From the NCBI GenBank assembly GCA_001929475.1, contig LXFE01000239.1:1-59945 (forward strand): a stretch of 59,945 nucleotides of DNA, written 5' to 3'. The notes under the pieces were generated by a model. It was not told the DNA's origin and did not search any database. It saw nothing but the letters and a program-made list of their open reading frames with translations. Made by a program: the position numbers and the translations under genes. The first letter of the stretch is position 1, and each line of letters begins with the position of its first letter. This DNA comes from Neolecta irregularis DAH-3 (taxonomy: Eukaryota). This document shows positions 38,111 through 49,365 of this stretch, piece after piece.

Positions 38111-38245
38111 TCACCACATATCTACCTAAAAGCAACGATTATGGATGGACGAATGGATGGATGGATGGGATATTGGTGGTGTCAGATATATAGATACTCG
38201 AATTTCCCAACCCTTTTTTTCCCAATTTATCCTCCTCCGTCAAAA

Positions 38246-39283
38246 ATGTCACCAGAAATTGCCCAAGTCGTAGATTCAGCAGCAAACGGAGAGAATATTA
38301 CCAAAGATATCCCATCAGACTTTCTAGTGAAAAACGACACAGAAACACCCCTTCTGGAAGAAAAAGTCGATGCCCCCAAACCTTGTCCCGCAAAACAAGA
38401 AAACAAAAGCCTCTTTGATCCTTCCGTGCTCCCTCAGAGTTCAGATCCACATGAAATACTAGCTCAAGTCGAATTTTACTTCTCAGATTCCAATTTGCCA
38501 AACGACAAATTTCTTTGGAGTCTTACCCAGGAAAACGATGGTTGGGTTCCTATTGCAACTATAGCCAGTTTTAAGCGAATGCGAAGGTTTCAACCGGTCG
38601 ATGCAATCTCAGAAGCGTTAAGACAGAGTCTGAATCTCCTAGAGGTCAATCAAGATGGCACCAAAGTTCGACGAAAAACACCTCTCGTAAAACAAGCCGG
38701 AAGCGCAGCCTTTGATCGAAGTATCTATGTAGTATGCACCTCCAATAATAACATGCAAACCTGACTTTTCAGAAAGGATTCGGCGAGGAAACAACTACGA
38801 TGCAAATCGATCTTGAAATTTTCTTCAAAGAGCTAGGGCCTGTCAACCAAATTCGAATGCGACGAGACGATGATAAAAAGTTCAAAGGCTCGATTTTTGT
38901 TGAATTTGGAGATATTGAAACTGCAAAGAAGGTTTTGGCAATGGAAGATAAACCCAAATGGAATGATTGCGAACTAGTTTTTATGAGCAAGAATGTTTTA
39001 AAATGCCTACGTGAACTAACTATTTAGAAAGGCGTATGTCGATATGAAGTCAGCTGAATACGGAGGCAAATTTCCCGAACGAAAAAAGAAATTCAATGCG
39101 TTTAAGGAAATGAACAAGTCAAACGGTAAACGACGCAATCATCAAGAAAAAAAAGACGACGAAGCTCAAGTTAAGGGTGAAGATGGCGAGACTAAAAAGC
39201 GAAAACATGAAGATTCTGATGCTCCACGAAAGCGAGGCCGTGGACGCGGACGTGGACGTGGAAAAGGAAGAAATAACGAGTAA
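38246..39283 (+). CDS. LHP1: La protein (La motif plus RRM)
   Basis: [52 protein letters not shown]. Confidence 0.92.
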
Positions 39284-39385
39284 AAGAGTACAATTGTATG
39301 ATATTTCGTCTGTATTGATAGAACCCTGCGTATGTTTAACGTGATGGAGGTTTTATCTTCAACCAAGACTTCGCCATAAATCTTG

Positions 39386-40200
39386 ATGAGTGCTACCTTG
39401 TACAATCAAGCTTTGAAACAACGAAATGCCCTAAGAAAAGATCTGGACCAGCTTTCAGAAGCACTGTCTTCGTCGCATTCAATTCCGCAATCAAAAACCG
39501 CGCTGCAGGGTCAGGTTCATGCTTCTCTGGCTTCGTTTGTGAGAATTTTGGAAGATTATGAAGCGATGGCAAAACGAGAGATTATCCCTGTCAAACGAGA
39601 AGCAGCTTTAGTGTAAGTTTGAAGTGTTTATTGTCTACTGATAAGATATCAGGAAACTAAAGGACTTTCGAAAGGATCTCACAGAAATACGCACACAACT
39701 AGACAACATTAAAAAACAGAGCGAGGACTCTGTTCGTCTATACTCTAATCTTTCATATGCTTATTAAAAGGAATTAAATTCTCACAGATCAGAATTATTC
39801 GGAAGGCGGGCGTTTTCGAATAGTACCCCTGAGAACCCTTACGCACATACCAGAACACCCGTCCGTACATCAACAAGCAGAGAAGACGCTGAATTTCGGG
39901 AAAGTGATTTCCTAGGGAAAACAGACTCTCAACTCGACGATTTTATCTCTCATGGTAAAGCTGTTTTGGATAACTTGCTCGAACAAAAGGCGTTTGTTAA
40001 AGTATACATCATTTCGATAGTGCTATGTTAACTTGTAGAATACGCAACGTAGAGTATTTGATGTTGCGAATACGTTGGGATTGTCGAGAGATACAATACG
40101 GTTTGTTGAGCGACGTACGACACAAGATAAATGGATATTCTGGGGCGGAGCAATCTTTACGCTTGTTTGTTTCATATATATACTCAAATGGTTCAGGTAA
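39386..40200 (+). CDS. BOS1: ER-Golgi Qb-SNARE Bos1
   Basis: LYNQALKQ, RSELFGRR..STPENPY, QLDDFISHG.AVLDNL.EQ, VANTLGLSRDTIRFVERRTTQDKWIF plus C-terminal TM. Confidence 0.88.
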
Positions 40201-40274
40201 ATCAAATTGGGTCTTATAGGTAGTATTACAACCTCCTTCATCATCAAAGTTTTAGCGCCATTTCAATCACGTTA

Positions 40275-40887
40275 CTACTTACAATTCCGGCTATATCGAT
40301 AGTGGTCAACAAGTCTAAAAGATGAGAAATTGAAAGGAGGGAATGGTATACATTTTCACACCGGGGAGAGCAGATAGGCCTGCAAAAATGGCAAATCCGC
40401 CACCGATGAACTAGTCATGGTTAGAATTTAATTTAATTTTTGCACAAATACCTGCCAAGTGAAAGCGCGACCTGCTCGGAACCTTTGGATACCCTTAACA
40501 CCAATAATGATAATTCCAATAACTACAGGTAGACTCGATAGCATTGTTGAGTTGATTTTTGCAACGTGTTTGCAATGTCTCTTCTTGGCCTTTGCGTCTC
40601 CTTCAGCTTGCTCGGCTTCTTCGTTGATCGTAAATTGTAGAGTTTGCGTCTCAGCTTGGTTTTCTCGAAAGTCTGAGGGGACAACATGAATATGGCCCCC
40701 TTCTCCGGGCTCGACATTAATCATCGATTCGGTTTCCGGGACAGAAGAAGAAAATTCCGATGGTGCGGATGGAACAGGTCCGGCACTCGCCTCTTTAGCA
40801 GACTGGTGGGCATCCATTGCAGCGACTACGAGCGTAAGAACCATTTGAAAAGGCAAATTTTTAAATACCTTGAGCGTAAGTAGCCAT
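40275..40887 (-). CDS. Om14-like mitochondrial outer membrane protein
   Basis: MATYAQVVAA...HIHVVPSDFRENQAETQT, then hydrophobic C-terminal segments. The 3' end is uncertain. Confidence 0.5.
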
Positions 40888-41944
40888 GATGACGGTATTT
40901 GAAAAATGGCTAAATGTGTGGTTAGGTTTTGATATTTTCGAGCAACATCAACATACCTGTTGACCCTAAACGGCTTTGCGCCTTGGAAAATATATCGATC
41001 GCATCAGGAGACGAATTTATCCCGCTCTCGAATTATACGCATCGGAGGTTAACTGCAAAGAGTATATTTCAGACATGGATTATACACAACCAAAATAAAA
41101 GCAAGACCCTGACTTTTCGTAATCTTTCTACGATTCATCCAAATAGAATGGGACTAGAGATTCATTACTTTAGGTAATCATGGGATCAGCAATGAAACAA
41201 ATATCCGGGATTGCAGATGGAATGGTATTGGAGTCGCACAACTATTCAAAATTGATAAGTTTCTGCTTCACTTAAATGATAGTGTAAGAAATGGATATTG
41301 AGAACGCTAGCCCTTGTGGCCGCTAGCACACTACTTAGCATCCTCACTTCCATGATTGTCATTTCCAATATCCGGCGTTGAACATGTGAGAAATAAAGCT
41401 AAGAAAAAGTTTACAAGAGCAGAATGATATTAGACTATGCTGAGTTGTCAGACTGATTCCAAAGACGAGGGTTCGGAGGGACTCGTATCTCTTTTATTGA
41501 TTTTGTGAAATTCTGACTAACCAGCTCCATCCTATTTGCGGAGGGCCAAAGAAAGAACACCAGCTCTATGCCATCTACAGAAGACCAAAGAAAGAACTAG
41601 AAATATATTTACAATATATCAGCTTGACGACATTGTGCATAACGTGTCAGTACTAGCTTGGGTCACATTATTCTCAAGTACCATTCACGGAATTGAAAGT
41701 TATTCCTAGGAAAGACTCTAATCGCGTCTCGAGGAAAATTGTTTTCAAATAACACAATCTTTCATAACCATAATCCTCTTTGTGATTGGATAAAAACAGG
41801 TCCTAGGTCATGGTATATATGTTGTGAATCGTATAATTGCTCTGTATTATCTAGATAGGATAAATATTCAATGCTGCCTGAACCAACAGTAAAAAGGGGT
41901 TAACCCTGGAATGAATTTCGCGGTAAGAGGTAAAACCCTGGGTA

Positions 41945-43273
41945 CTATACTCTCTGTATTCCATGCATTGCTTTTTGCGCAAACCTTCGACGAAATTGAT
42001 CGCGAAACTGCCAATTAGCAATCTCGAGTGACTGGTCGCACCTTTCTCTTATACCACGCGCCAACAAGGATTATTGCTGTAAAGGCAAACCAGTATGCAT
42101 TGAAGAGATAAAAGCTAATGGGAACAATTCCAAACGTCCTTCCGGGGAGAACAAATTTTGCCGGAGATGGGGAGGCTACCACTGCCAAATTTTCATGAGC
42201 TGGAATGAAGATAGGAAGAGTCTCATTTTTTGGGCACGGTGGAGTCTTGGCTGCAGCAGGAGGATCCGTTGCTTTAGGTGTAGCAATGGCAGTTTTTATT
42301 GTTTGCTGAATGACAGGAATCCGAGTCTTCGCTGCAGTAGTAGGAGAATTCGCTAATTCGGGTGTAGCAAAGGCAGTTTTGTTCGTCTGTTTAATATCAG
42401 GAGTCTTGGGGGTTTTGGCTGCAACAGGAGGACTGGTTGATTTGGGGGTAGCAATAGCAGTCTTTTTATTTGTATCCTGAATTACAGGGGTATTGGGAAT
42501 CTTTGCTGCAAGAGGGGCATTCGTTGATTTGGGTGTGGCAATGACAGATTTGTTTGTTCGTTCATGAGCCGCGTTGAAAGAAGGATCTCGACTTGTTTGC
42601 GCAGCAGTTGGATTCGAAAAAACACCTGCAATGAATTGGATTGTCGAAGAATTAAGATCAAACGAGGTTTGTTTTTGATTCAGGTCCACAATTATACTGA
42701 GGCGTGGTGTCACAAGGTGCTGGTTGTCTATTGATAGGCTAACAATATCAATATTAATTAAGCCGAGGTGTTATACCTTGTCTCATCATTATTAACGAGG
42801 GCCTCAAATGTGTAAATTTGTATCAATTTAAAATCGAGCTTCTGCGTGACGGTCAAAAGCTGTCTTTTTCTCAGGAAAGCTAGGTTCCTCTTCGTTATTG
42901 ATGTGTTTATACCAGATTCAGTCAGAGTGGAATGATCAAATTGGATTGATAACCATTTCTGGCGGCCTTCGACATCTACACCGATAAATTCCCGAGCCTG
43001 GTATAATCGAAGTTCTGCTGTAAACCTACCACTGTAGAGATTCATCGAAATTACGTTGTAACACGCCAGGATCCCGACAGGATTATGCGGTATAGATGTC
43101 ATTGCGGATAAGCAGGCAGCATCGGTCTGCTTCTCCCAATATTCTGGTGTTTGAGGGCTACCTAGCTGTTGATTTACCGGAAGTGGTGAAATGGGTTGGA
43201 TCCATAAAGATAGAGAGGAAAAGAACAGGGTAAAGAAAACAGGGGCCGATAAAAACCGAGGCATGGCCAGCAT
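41945..43273 (-). CDS. Uncharacterised fungal type I membrane protein with a Thr/Pro/Lys-rich repeat stalk
   Basis: Signal peptide; NPVGILACYN..FTAELRLY; FVLPGRTFGIVPI followed by a TM and spliced tail WYKRK|FRDQFRRR. Introns at about 42739-42776 and 42007-42040. Confidence 0.65.
42235..42545 (-). repeat. About four imperfect 84-87 bp coding repeats (ATPK.T..P.AAKTP..P.I.QT.KTA)
   Basis: Seen in the translation of ORF 42015..42713. Confidence 0.8.
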
Positions 43274-44251
43274 GTAATTAGGAAACAACGATAAGAATGA
43301 ATAAAAAGACAGACGAGGACAGAGTAGTAGTGGAGATGACATAAAACACGCCAAGAGGAGGACCGCAGGTTCAGTATCAGACATATCTTTGACACCGTTG
43401 CATGTTTCTACGCCAGGAAAATAGGATAGCATACACAGAGCTGTTTCATTGAATCGCAACTATACAAGGGACTCAGTCGTGTACATAGACTCTCGAGAAT
43501 AGCCGGAGTAGATAACTGCATCACTGGCGTCGAATGTTCTAGAGGTTACTAACCAAATATTGGGCATGAATTCAGTTTGACTGGGTTTAGCTCGTGAACA
43601 AAGAAAATTTCACCAACCATCACGCCCCCAATAGGATCGACGTCTCTCTTTGTTGGGCGGACATAGAAGACAAAGATAGAATTCTTGGGTAGTCGGCGGA
43701 GAAGACCAAAGCGAAAGAATAAGTAGGGATTAAATGCCTGAAAAGGCATACGCTGCGGCCCTTTTCTCATGCAGACTAGACCCAGATCGGATTAAGATCT
43801 CTTTTTGTAGCATCGACTGGTGGTTTCAGCTTGTGTTTGGGAATGATCGCCGGGCCTGGGTCCATCACAGACCAGCTGGTATATTGTGGTTACGAGAACA
43901 GATTATACCTGTGTCTATGCTGCACAAACCACCAGGAATGCTCTTGCTCCGCCCATCGATTCCCGCAGACCAACGCTGCATTTCCGTGAGACACCATGCT
44001 TTGACTGGAAATTCCAGCGGTGAATGGGATGTCTGTGAGTGTCCAATACTTGTCAACTAAAACGACTGGAATATCACAAAGAAGGACGTTGCTTTCAGCC
44101 TGCCCCTGCCGATGTTTTGAGTGAGCAGTGGCAGCTCCCGATGTATATCTGCCCGTAACCGCTGCTCTCCTCTCCGCTACGTCAACGACCCAGTTTCCAT
44201 CCCCGCCGCCATAATTCGGCTACACGCACAAAACGGCTGTAGTATTGCAAG

Positions 44252-45148
44252 ATGAGTCCGCGCCCGTCGTCTGCTGCGACATCCATTCACTACACCTCCA
44301 ATTCACCCATGGCAGGACAATCCCACTCCTTTGCAAACTCGCCCCCCCGCGCTCTCTTCGCGTTCGAGAAAGAAAACATGCCCTCATACGGACTCGGTCT
44401 TTCCAAAAGCTCAGGCTTATCCATGCATACATCCCATCCGCGGCCTGGCGACGACAGCTACTATCCGGTGTCTACTCCTCCAACATTGTCCTACGCACCC
44501 TCCCCGACATCCACAAGCACAATCCGCACCGCGCCAGTCGTGCCTTCGTCCTACTGTCTCCCCCAGCAAATACAAAAATCGGCCCCATATTCAGACATCT
44601 CCTTTTCTGAACAGCTCATTAACCTGCTTACCCCGGAATGCCAGGTCATAGATATGTTCTATGCGCTACCTGAATGGCCCGTCACACAGGAAATATCGAT
44701 TCCTATGTCTTATATACGCGCGCAGATCCCCAATCTCGGCCCTCATATGTACATGGACCACGCTTCTGCTTCCCATTACATCAAGGTTTCAAATGTGTGT
44801 ACGCCTCATTTCGACAGGCTTCTATATCCTGTTCATGATGTCGTGCTACTTGCGCAATGCGCAAGGTTACCCTTTGTGGCAATACCGCACAATCAGAAGG
44901 GCTCAAAATCAACTCTGGTCATCTCGAATTTGCCGCACCTTTCCTCTTTCAGCCATCTGCTGAGATGGTTGTATACGAACGACGAGCATGATCTTTACAA
45001 TGATTTGGCCGAAGCAACTGAAGAGGAAGGAAGCGAGTTTCTGCGAGGATTTGCGGAGAACGTATCGTTTCTGGGAATTGTTAGTTCGGAACTGATTGGG
45101 GTTGTGCGTGCGGTATTAGAGGGAAACGATTCAAGCGATTCTGAATAA
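44252..45148 (+). CDS. Clampless1 (Clp1)-like protein, intronless, 298 aa
   Basis: Ordered motifs IPMSYIRAQIPNLGPHM, SHYIKVS, LLYPVHDVVLLAQCARLP, LPHLSSFSHLLRWLYT, GFAENVSFLGI match my recollection of basidiomycete Clp1-like proteins (VPxEYIR, PTHILAV, LFPVHxxVLAAHCAxLP, LPSPxxFxxLHxxxYT, LWxNxVALG). Ser/Pro-rich N-terminus. Confidence 0.58.
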   Translation: MSPRPSSAATSIHYTSNSPMAGQSHSFANSPPRALFAFEKENMPSYGLGLSKSSGLSMHTSHPRPGDDSYYPVSTPPTLSYAPSPTSTSTIRTAPVVPSSYCLPQQIQKSAPYSDISFSEQLINLLTPECQVIDMFYALPEWPVTQEISIPMSYIRAQIPNLGPHMYMDHASASHYIKVSNVCTPHFDRLLYPVHDVVLLAQCARLPFVAIPHNQKGSKSTLVISNLPHLSSFSHLLRWLYTNDEHDLYNDLAEATEEEGSEFLRGFAENVSFLGIVSSELIGVVRAVLEGNDSSDSE

Positions 45149-45525
45149 ACAAGGGATGCAATGATATGTTTTGTCCATAATCAGTTTGTACATTAGCGTG
45201 ATATTTCTTGGAAGCCGGTGGGTTCGAACGAAGGAGCATTGGAGTTTCTGGTATTGGTGCTGTCCATTTTGTAGACCAAACGTTTGACCCAAAGCTGATA
45301 TCTGTAGCTCTTGCTTCAAAAGATATTCAAAAGTTATGTGCTATCCATTCGAACGGGCTCCTTGCTAAAAAGAAAAAGCGTCGCAAATCGCCTAATTGCT
45401 GTTGCACTTGGTGGCTTGTATTTTCAAAACTAGTCTAATCCGCCCACCACTCGCAACTTTTGTCTCACTTTGAATCACATACAGTGATAATGCAGTGAAA
45501 TCTTTTCTTTTACAATGGAGTTACC

Positions 45526-45615
45526 GAGTAGTTCTCGACTTGGGTCGAATAACGACAATTGCTCAGTTTTTCGCAAGGCATATTGTCGTTATTCGATCCC
45601 AGTCGAGAACTACTC
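45526..45615. other. Long intergenic inverted repeat (hairpin), arms of about 34-37 bp
   Basis: GAGTAGTTCTCGACT-TGGGTCGAATAACGACAAT pairs with ATTGTCGTTATTCGATCCC-AGTCGAGAACTACTC, with one mismatch and one G-U; loop about 15 nt. Confidence 0.9.
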
Positions 45616-46141
45616 CTCACCACCTGCTCTCAGGTACCTTAATGTGTTGTCTTTGACAAATTAGCTGAAGCCACAGTAAAATAATATCTCACCAGATTAA
45701 CCGGAATTCTGCTTTTGCAGCGACGGTACATTTTGCGAGACATACCACTTGCCGCTTCCGTCAAACGCCTTCACTATTACACCAATGGCCTCCGACAGGT
45801 CTCACCCAGAACGGGAAGAAGGATTTCTTCTAAAAGCTACCGTTCCTACTTCTGCTTTCATCTCTTGTTTCTGCCCAAACCGTTCTGTCTCTCACCGGTC
45901 TCTGCACTCAAATATTCCATTTCCTTGTCTCGGTTTTCGCGACATAGCTTCTGTAGGTTCGTATATCGTTTTTCATATTGCCTGCTAATGCTACAGCTCA
46001 TCAGTTTTAATAAAAAAGCCAGCCTGGATCTTGCGTGTAATCCCCAAGGTCAACCTCGTCTTCCAATACCTCCTTCATTGGTACGTATTTGACCATAACA
46101 GACACCAGCTTACCTTCTCGGAGCCTAATAACCCGCGTGGT

Positions 46142-48178
46142 ATGTCGGTTTACGAAAATCCTCCCGAGCATTGTATGCAGCTCTACGGAAAACATTTTTT
46201 GCTGACTTGCAGCTTTTGCGCAGCACGGTAATCAAAGTTATAATTTCAGCACTTCCATGCCCGCCCAAGTTGTTCCAGCTGGATACCCCAGTCACAGCCA
46301 TGTCTCTCTTCCGGACGACTTGCCTGCAGTTCTCGGATCACAGCCCCCATCCGGCACTGAAGGCACTCCCTTTTCTGTATTCTTATCACAAACGCAGTAT
46401 GACTCCCAACCTCGTACACTGAAGATTGTTTTCGGCTCTAAGCGTTGCGAAACAACCGTTTTGCACAAACATGGCCCTACAGGTGGCAATGTTCTCCACA
46501 CTCTTGTCCCACTATTCGCCGAAACACGATCTTATAATAATCAAGTCAACGTCTATGTTGTCGCTCAGGATGATCATGGGAACGAAATCGGAACTGTGAA
46601 GGTCTCTCAGTTTTCTTATTTGCAGGGTAAAATCTATGATTGGACTATACACTGAATGGAAGGCGGCGCAAGACCTCCCCAGAAGCGGAGAGGATCGTTC
46701 GATGACAGTGCTATTCCACGACTGGGAAGTCCCCCCCGAAGACCTTTGAGTCAACCATCTTTCGGATCAAGACGTAAATCTTTCTAAAATTCAAAACTAA
46801 TCTTCAGCCGATGATGATTATGCTCATGGTGGACCTCATCCTCCTGTGCATCATCACAGCTTTCCAGCTTATACCACTAATTCGGAGAGTCATGGGAATC
46901 CCTATGTTTATGGTAATTATGGTATTATTTAGCACTTTGGAAGAATCTAATGTGCAGCTCATGAAGCTGGTCATCCAGGATTCTACGGACCCGGTGGCCA
47001 TCGAAATCCAGCATTTTATCATCCTAGTTTTATGCCACAAAATCATAACAACTGGTCCGACTACGGGGAGAACAATACCGCCGGCCTGCCAGCGCCTTCG
47101 CCATTTGGACATACCACTGCGCCTCGTCCGGACGAGCAAACTGTATTTTATCGAACTCCACCAAAACAAAGCAATTCTGCAGTTGGAAGTGCTGGAGTTT
47201 CTGTATTTGATCCCCAAAGTCTCTTCCCGAACAAAGCTTCGCTTAAGCTTGTCGGTGATCTCGACGAAATGGCGCGCAATTGGCTTCCGGAAGAATGGGC
47301 TACACGCCGACGATTAGTTCAGTTTTGGCGTCAACAGCAAGGAAATACTATTCAGTGCACCTTTGGACCTGTTCTTCCAGCTGAAAGGTCTCCAAACAGT
47401 ATCTGTGTCAGTTGTATATGGTGGGAAGAAAAGGGGGAATGTTATGTCACATCAGTTGATACTCTTTATTTACTAGAGAGTCTTGTTGGGAATCGTTTTA
47501 CAGTCGAAGAGAAAAATCGAATTCGACGGAATTTGGAGGGATTCCGACCCCTTACAGTTTCAAAAGCTAAACCCGAATCTGAAGAGTTCTTCAAGCTGAT
47601 CATGGGATTTCCTACACCAAAACCTCGAAACATCGAAAAGGATGTCAAAGTATTCCCGTGGAGGATTTTTAGTAACGCCTTGAAAAAGATTATTGGCAAA
47701 TACGTATGCCCACGATAGTTATGATTCAATGCTGACGTTTGTATAGTCTTCCGGTCCTTTAAGTTCTGTTCCACATGTTGACTCGCCTGCAATGTCGAAT
47801 GCATCGACTTCTCCTTACCAAGACCATATGACGCCTCCAGGGTATCCTGATCATCCGGTCAATCAGCAGTATCCCTCTCCTGCCCCAAGCGGATCTCTCA
47901 AACAGTTACAACCGTTGGGACCTCCTCTGAAACCACCTGTTTTAGTCACGCAAGGGCTTCCAACAAGCGTATATCGCGGTCAGCAAAGAAGTTTTGCCTC
48001 GCACAGGCCATCTTTCGATGGCCGTCGACTGACTAGAAAATCCTTTGACTTTAACGAGTATTTTCAACCAAGTCCTGCAAGCGCTGAATCCAATGGCACA
48101 AAGCCGAAAGCTCCGGAACTTCCACTGGTAGCTGAAGAAACTGCCCCTGTTACTTCAACAGGTGAAGGGAAGGGATAG
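46142..48178 (+). CDS. medA: Medusa (MedA)-type developmental transcriptional regulator
   Basis: NKASLKLVGDLDEMARNW..EEWATRRRLVQFWR, ICVSCIWW, YVTSVDTLYLLESLVGNRFTVEEKNRIRRNLEG, FFKLIMGFPTPKPRNIEKDVKVFPW. The start codon is inferred. Confidence 0.9.
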
Positions 48179-48660
48179 GAAATGGTGATACGGTTTGATT
48201 TGTGATACAAAATTACTGCTCTTTACTTTTGTTTCTAGACGTAATTATATACTTTTTGGACACTTTTCTATCCATGCTTCATATGCACATGAATCTTTTA
48301 AGGCGTACTATTCCAAATCATAACCTAGAGATCCTAACTGAAGCCTTGTTTTATTTTGGCCGAATCAGAGAATGTCTGCTGAATCCGTCGATCTACGGTT
48401 TACCACGGATACAGATGACCAGATCTGTAGTGTTACGTAGCGCAACAACAGGCCAACCGGATCCGTCGAATACAGATTACGAGGCCCAGGCGCAGTCCGG
48501 AATTGTATTAGCCACGCAAATTTTGAATACTCGAACTGTAGATGGTTTGAGTCATAGAGCATATCATGCACATAATGGAATTTAGCTGTATTTATTAAAA
48601 TGTGCGGGATTCGCTCAACCATATTCTTCTGCTCCATCAATATTTTGAAATGACCCGATA

Positions 48661-49316
48661 ATGACTACGCCTAAACCTGTTTACAAGGTAATTGTTATCG
48701 GCGATAACGGAGTCGGAAAGACAAGTTTACGAACTCGGTTTCTATATGGAAAATTTACCTCGAGTTATAGAGCCACTATTGGCGCTGATTTTCTGACAAA
48801 GAATATCAATGGAATGACCCTTTCAATTTGGGATACAGCCGGTAAACTTGTAATATACAATTCACACTGTTGCTGATTGTTAAAGGGCAAGAGCGATTCA
48901 ATTCATTAGGGTCATCGAATCCCATCTTCCGGGGCACGGACGCTGCTATTTTCGTCTTCGATAGTACCAATGCCTCCTCGTTTGCCAGTTTAGAGAAATG
49001 GTTGACTCAATTCTTGTCATCTTCTGGATCCCCTTCCCCAACCATTGTCCTTGTGGGGAATAAGATAGATATTCCTGAGCGGACTATCACATCGAAGCAA
49101 GCCCAGAATTTTGCACAAAGCAAATGGAAAGCCAAGGCTGAAGATGTATTCTTTTGTTCGGCAAAGACAGATCATCAAGTCAAAGAAGTTTTTAATAGAG
49201 TAGCTTATCTACTGCAAAACAAGATCGACGGTAATCAATTCCAGATGGAAACAGCGACAGACACTGTCAATTTGGGCCGTCGATCGACTAGTTTAACCAG
49301 CAAATGCTGCTTCTAA
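48661..49316 (+). CDS. Rab-family small GTPase, Rab7/Ypt7-related but divergent
   Basis: GDNGVGKTS, YRATIGADF, WDTAG|QERF, VGNKID, CSAK, C-terminal CC. Confidence 0.8.
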
Positions 49317-49365
49317 CAAGTATGTAAAATCTATCGTATACAATTTCTCATCCAACCAGTCCCTC

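Noticed and set aside
38141-38170. (ATGG)n microsatellite extending the La ORF upstream
   Set aside because: Ordinary short repeat; the conserved La start is more plausibly 38246.
41520-41600. Imperfect ~39-bp tandem duplication (CCAGCTC..CCAAAGAAAGAAC x2)
   Set aside because: Only two degenerate copies with no further structure; probably neutral slippage.
45208-45240. GGTTCGAA as a tRNA T-loop
   Set aside because: No T-stem or cloverleaf can be built around it.
48202-48640. ORFs between medA and the Rab gene
   Set aside because: No recognisable motifs or convincing exon structure; probably UTR or intergenic.
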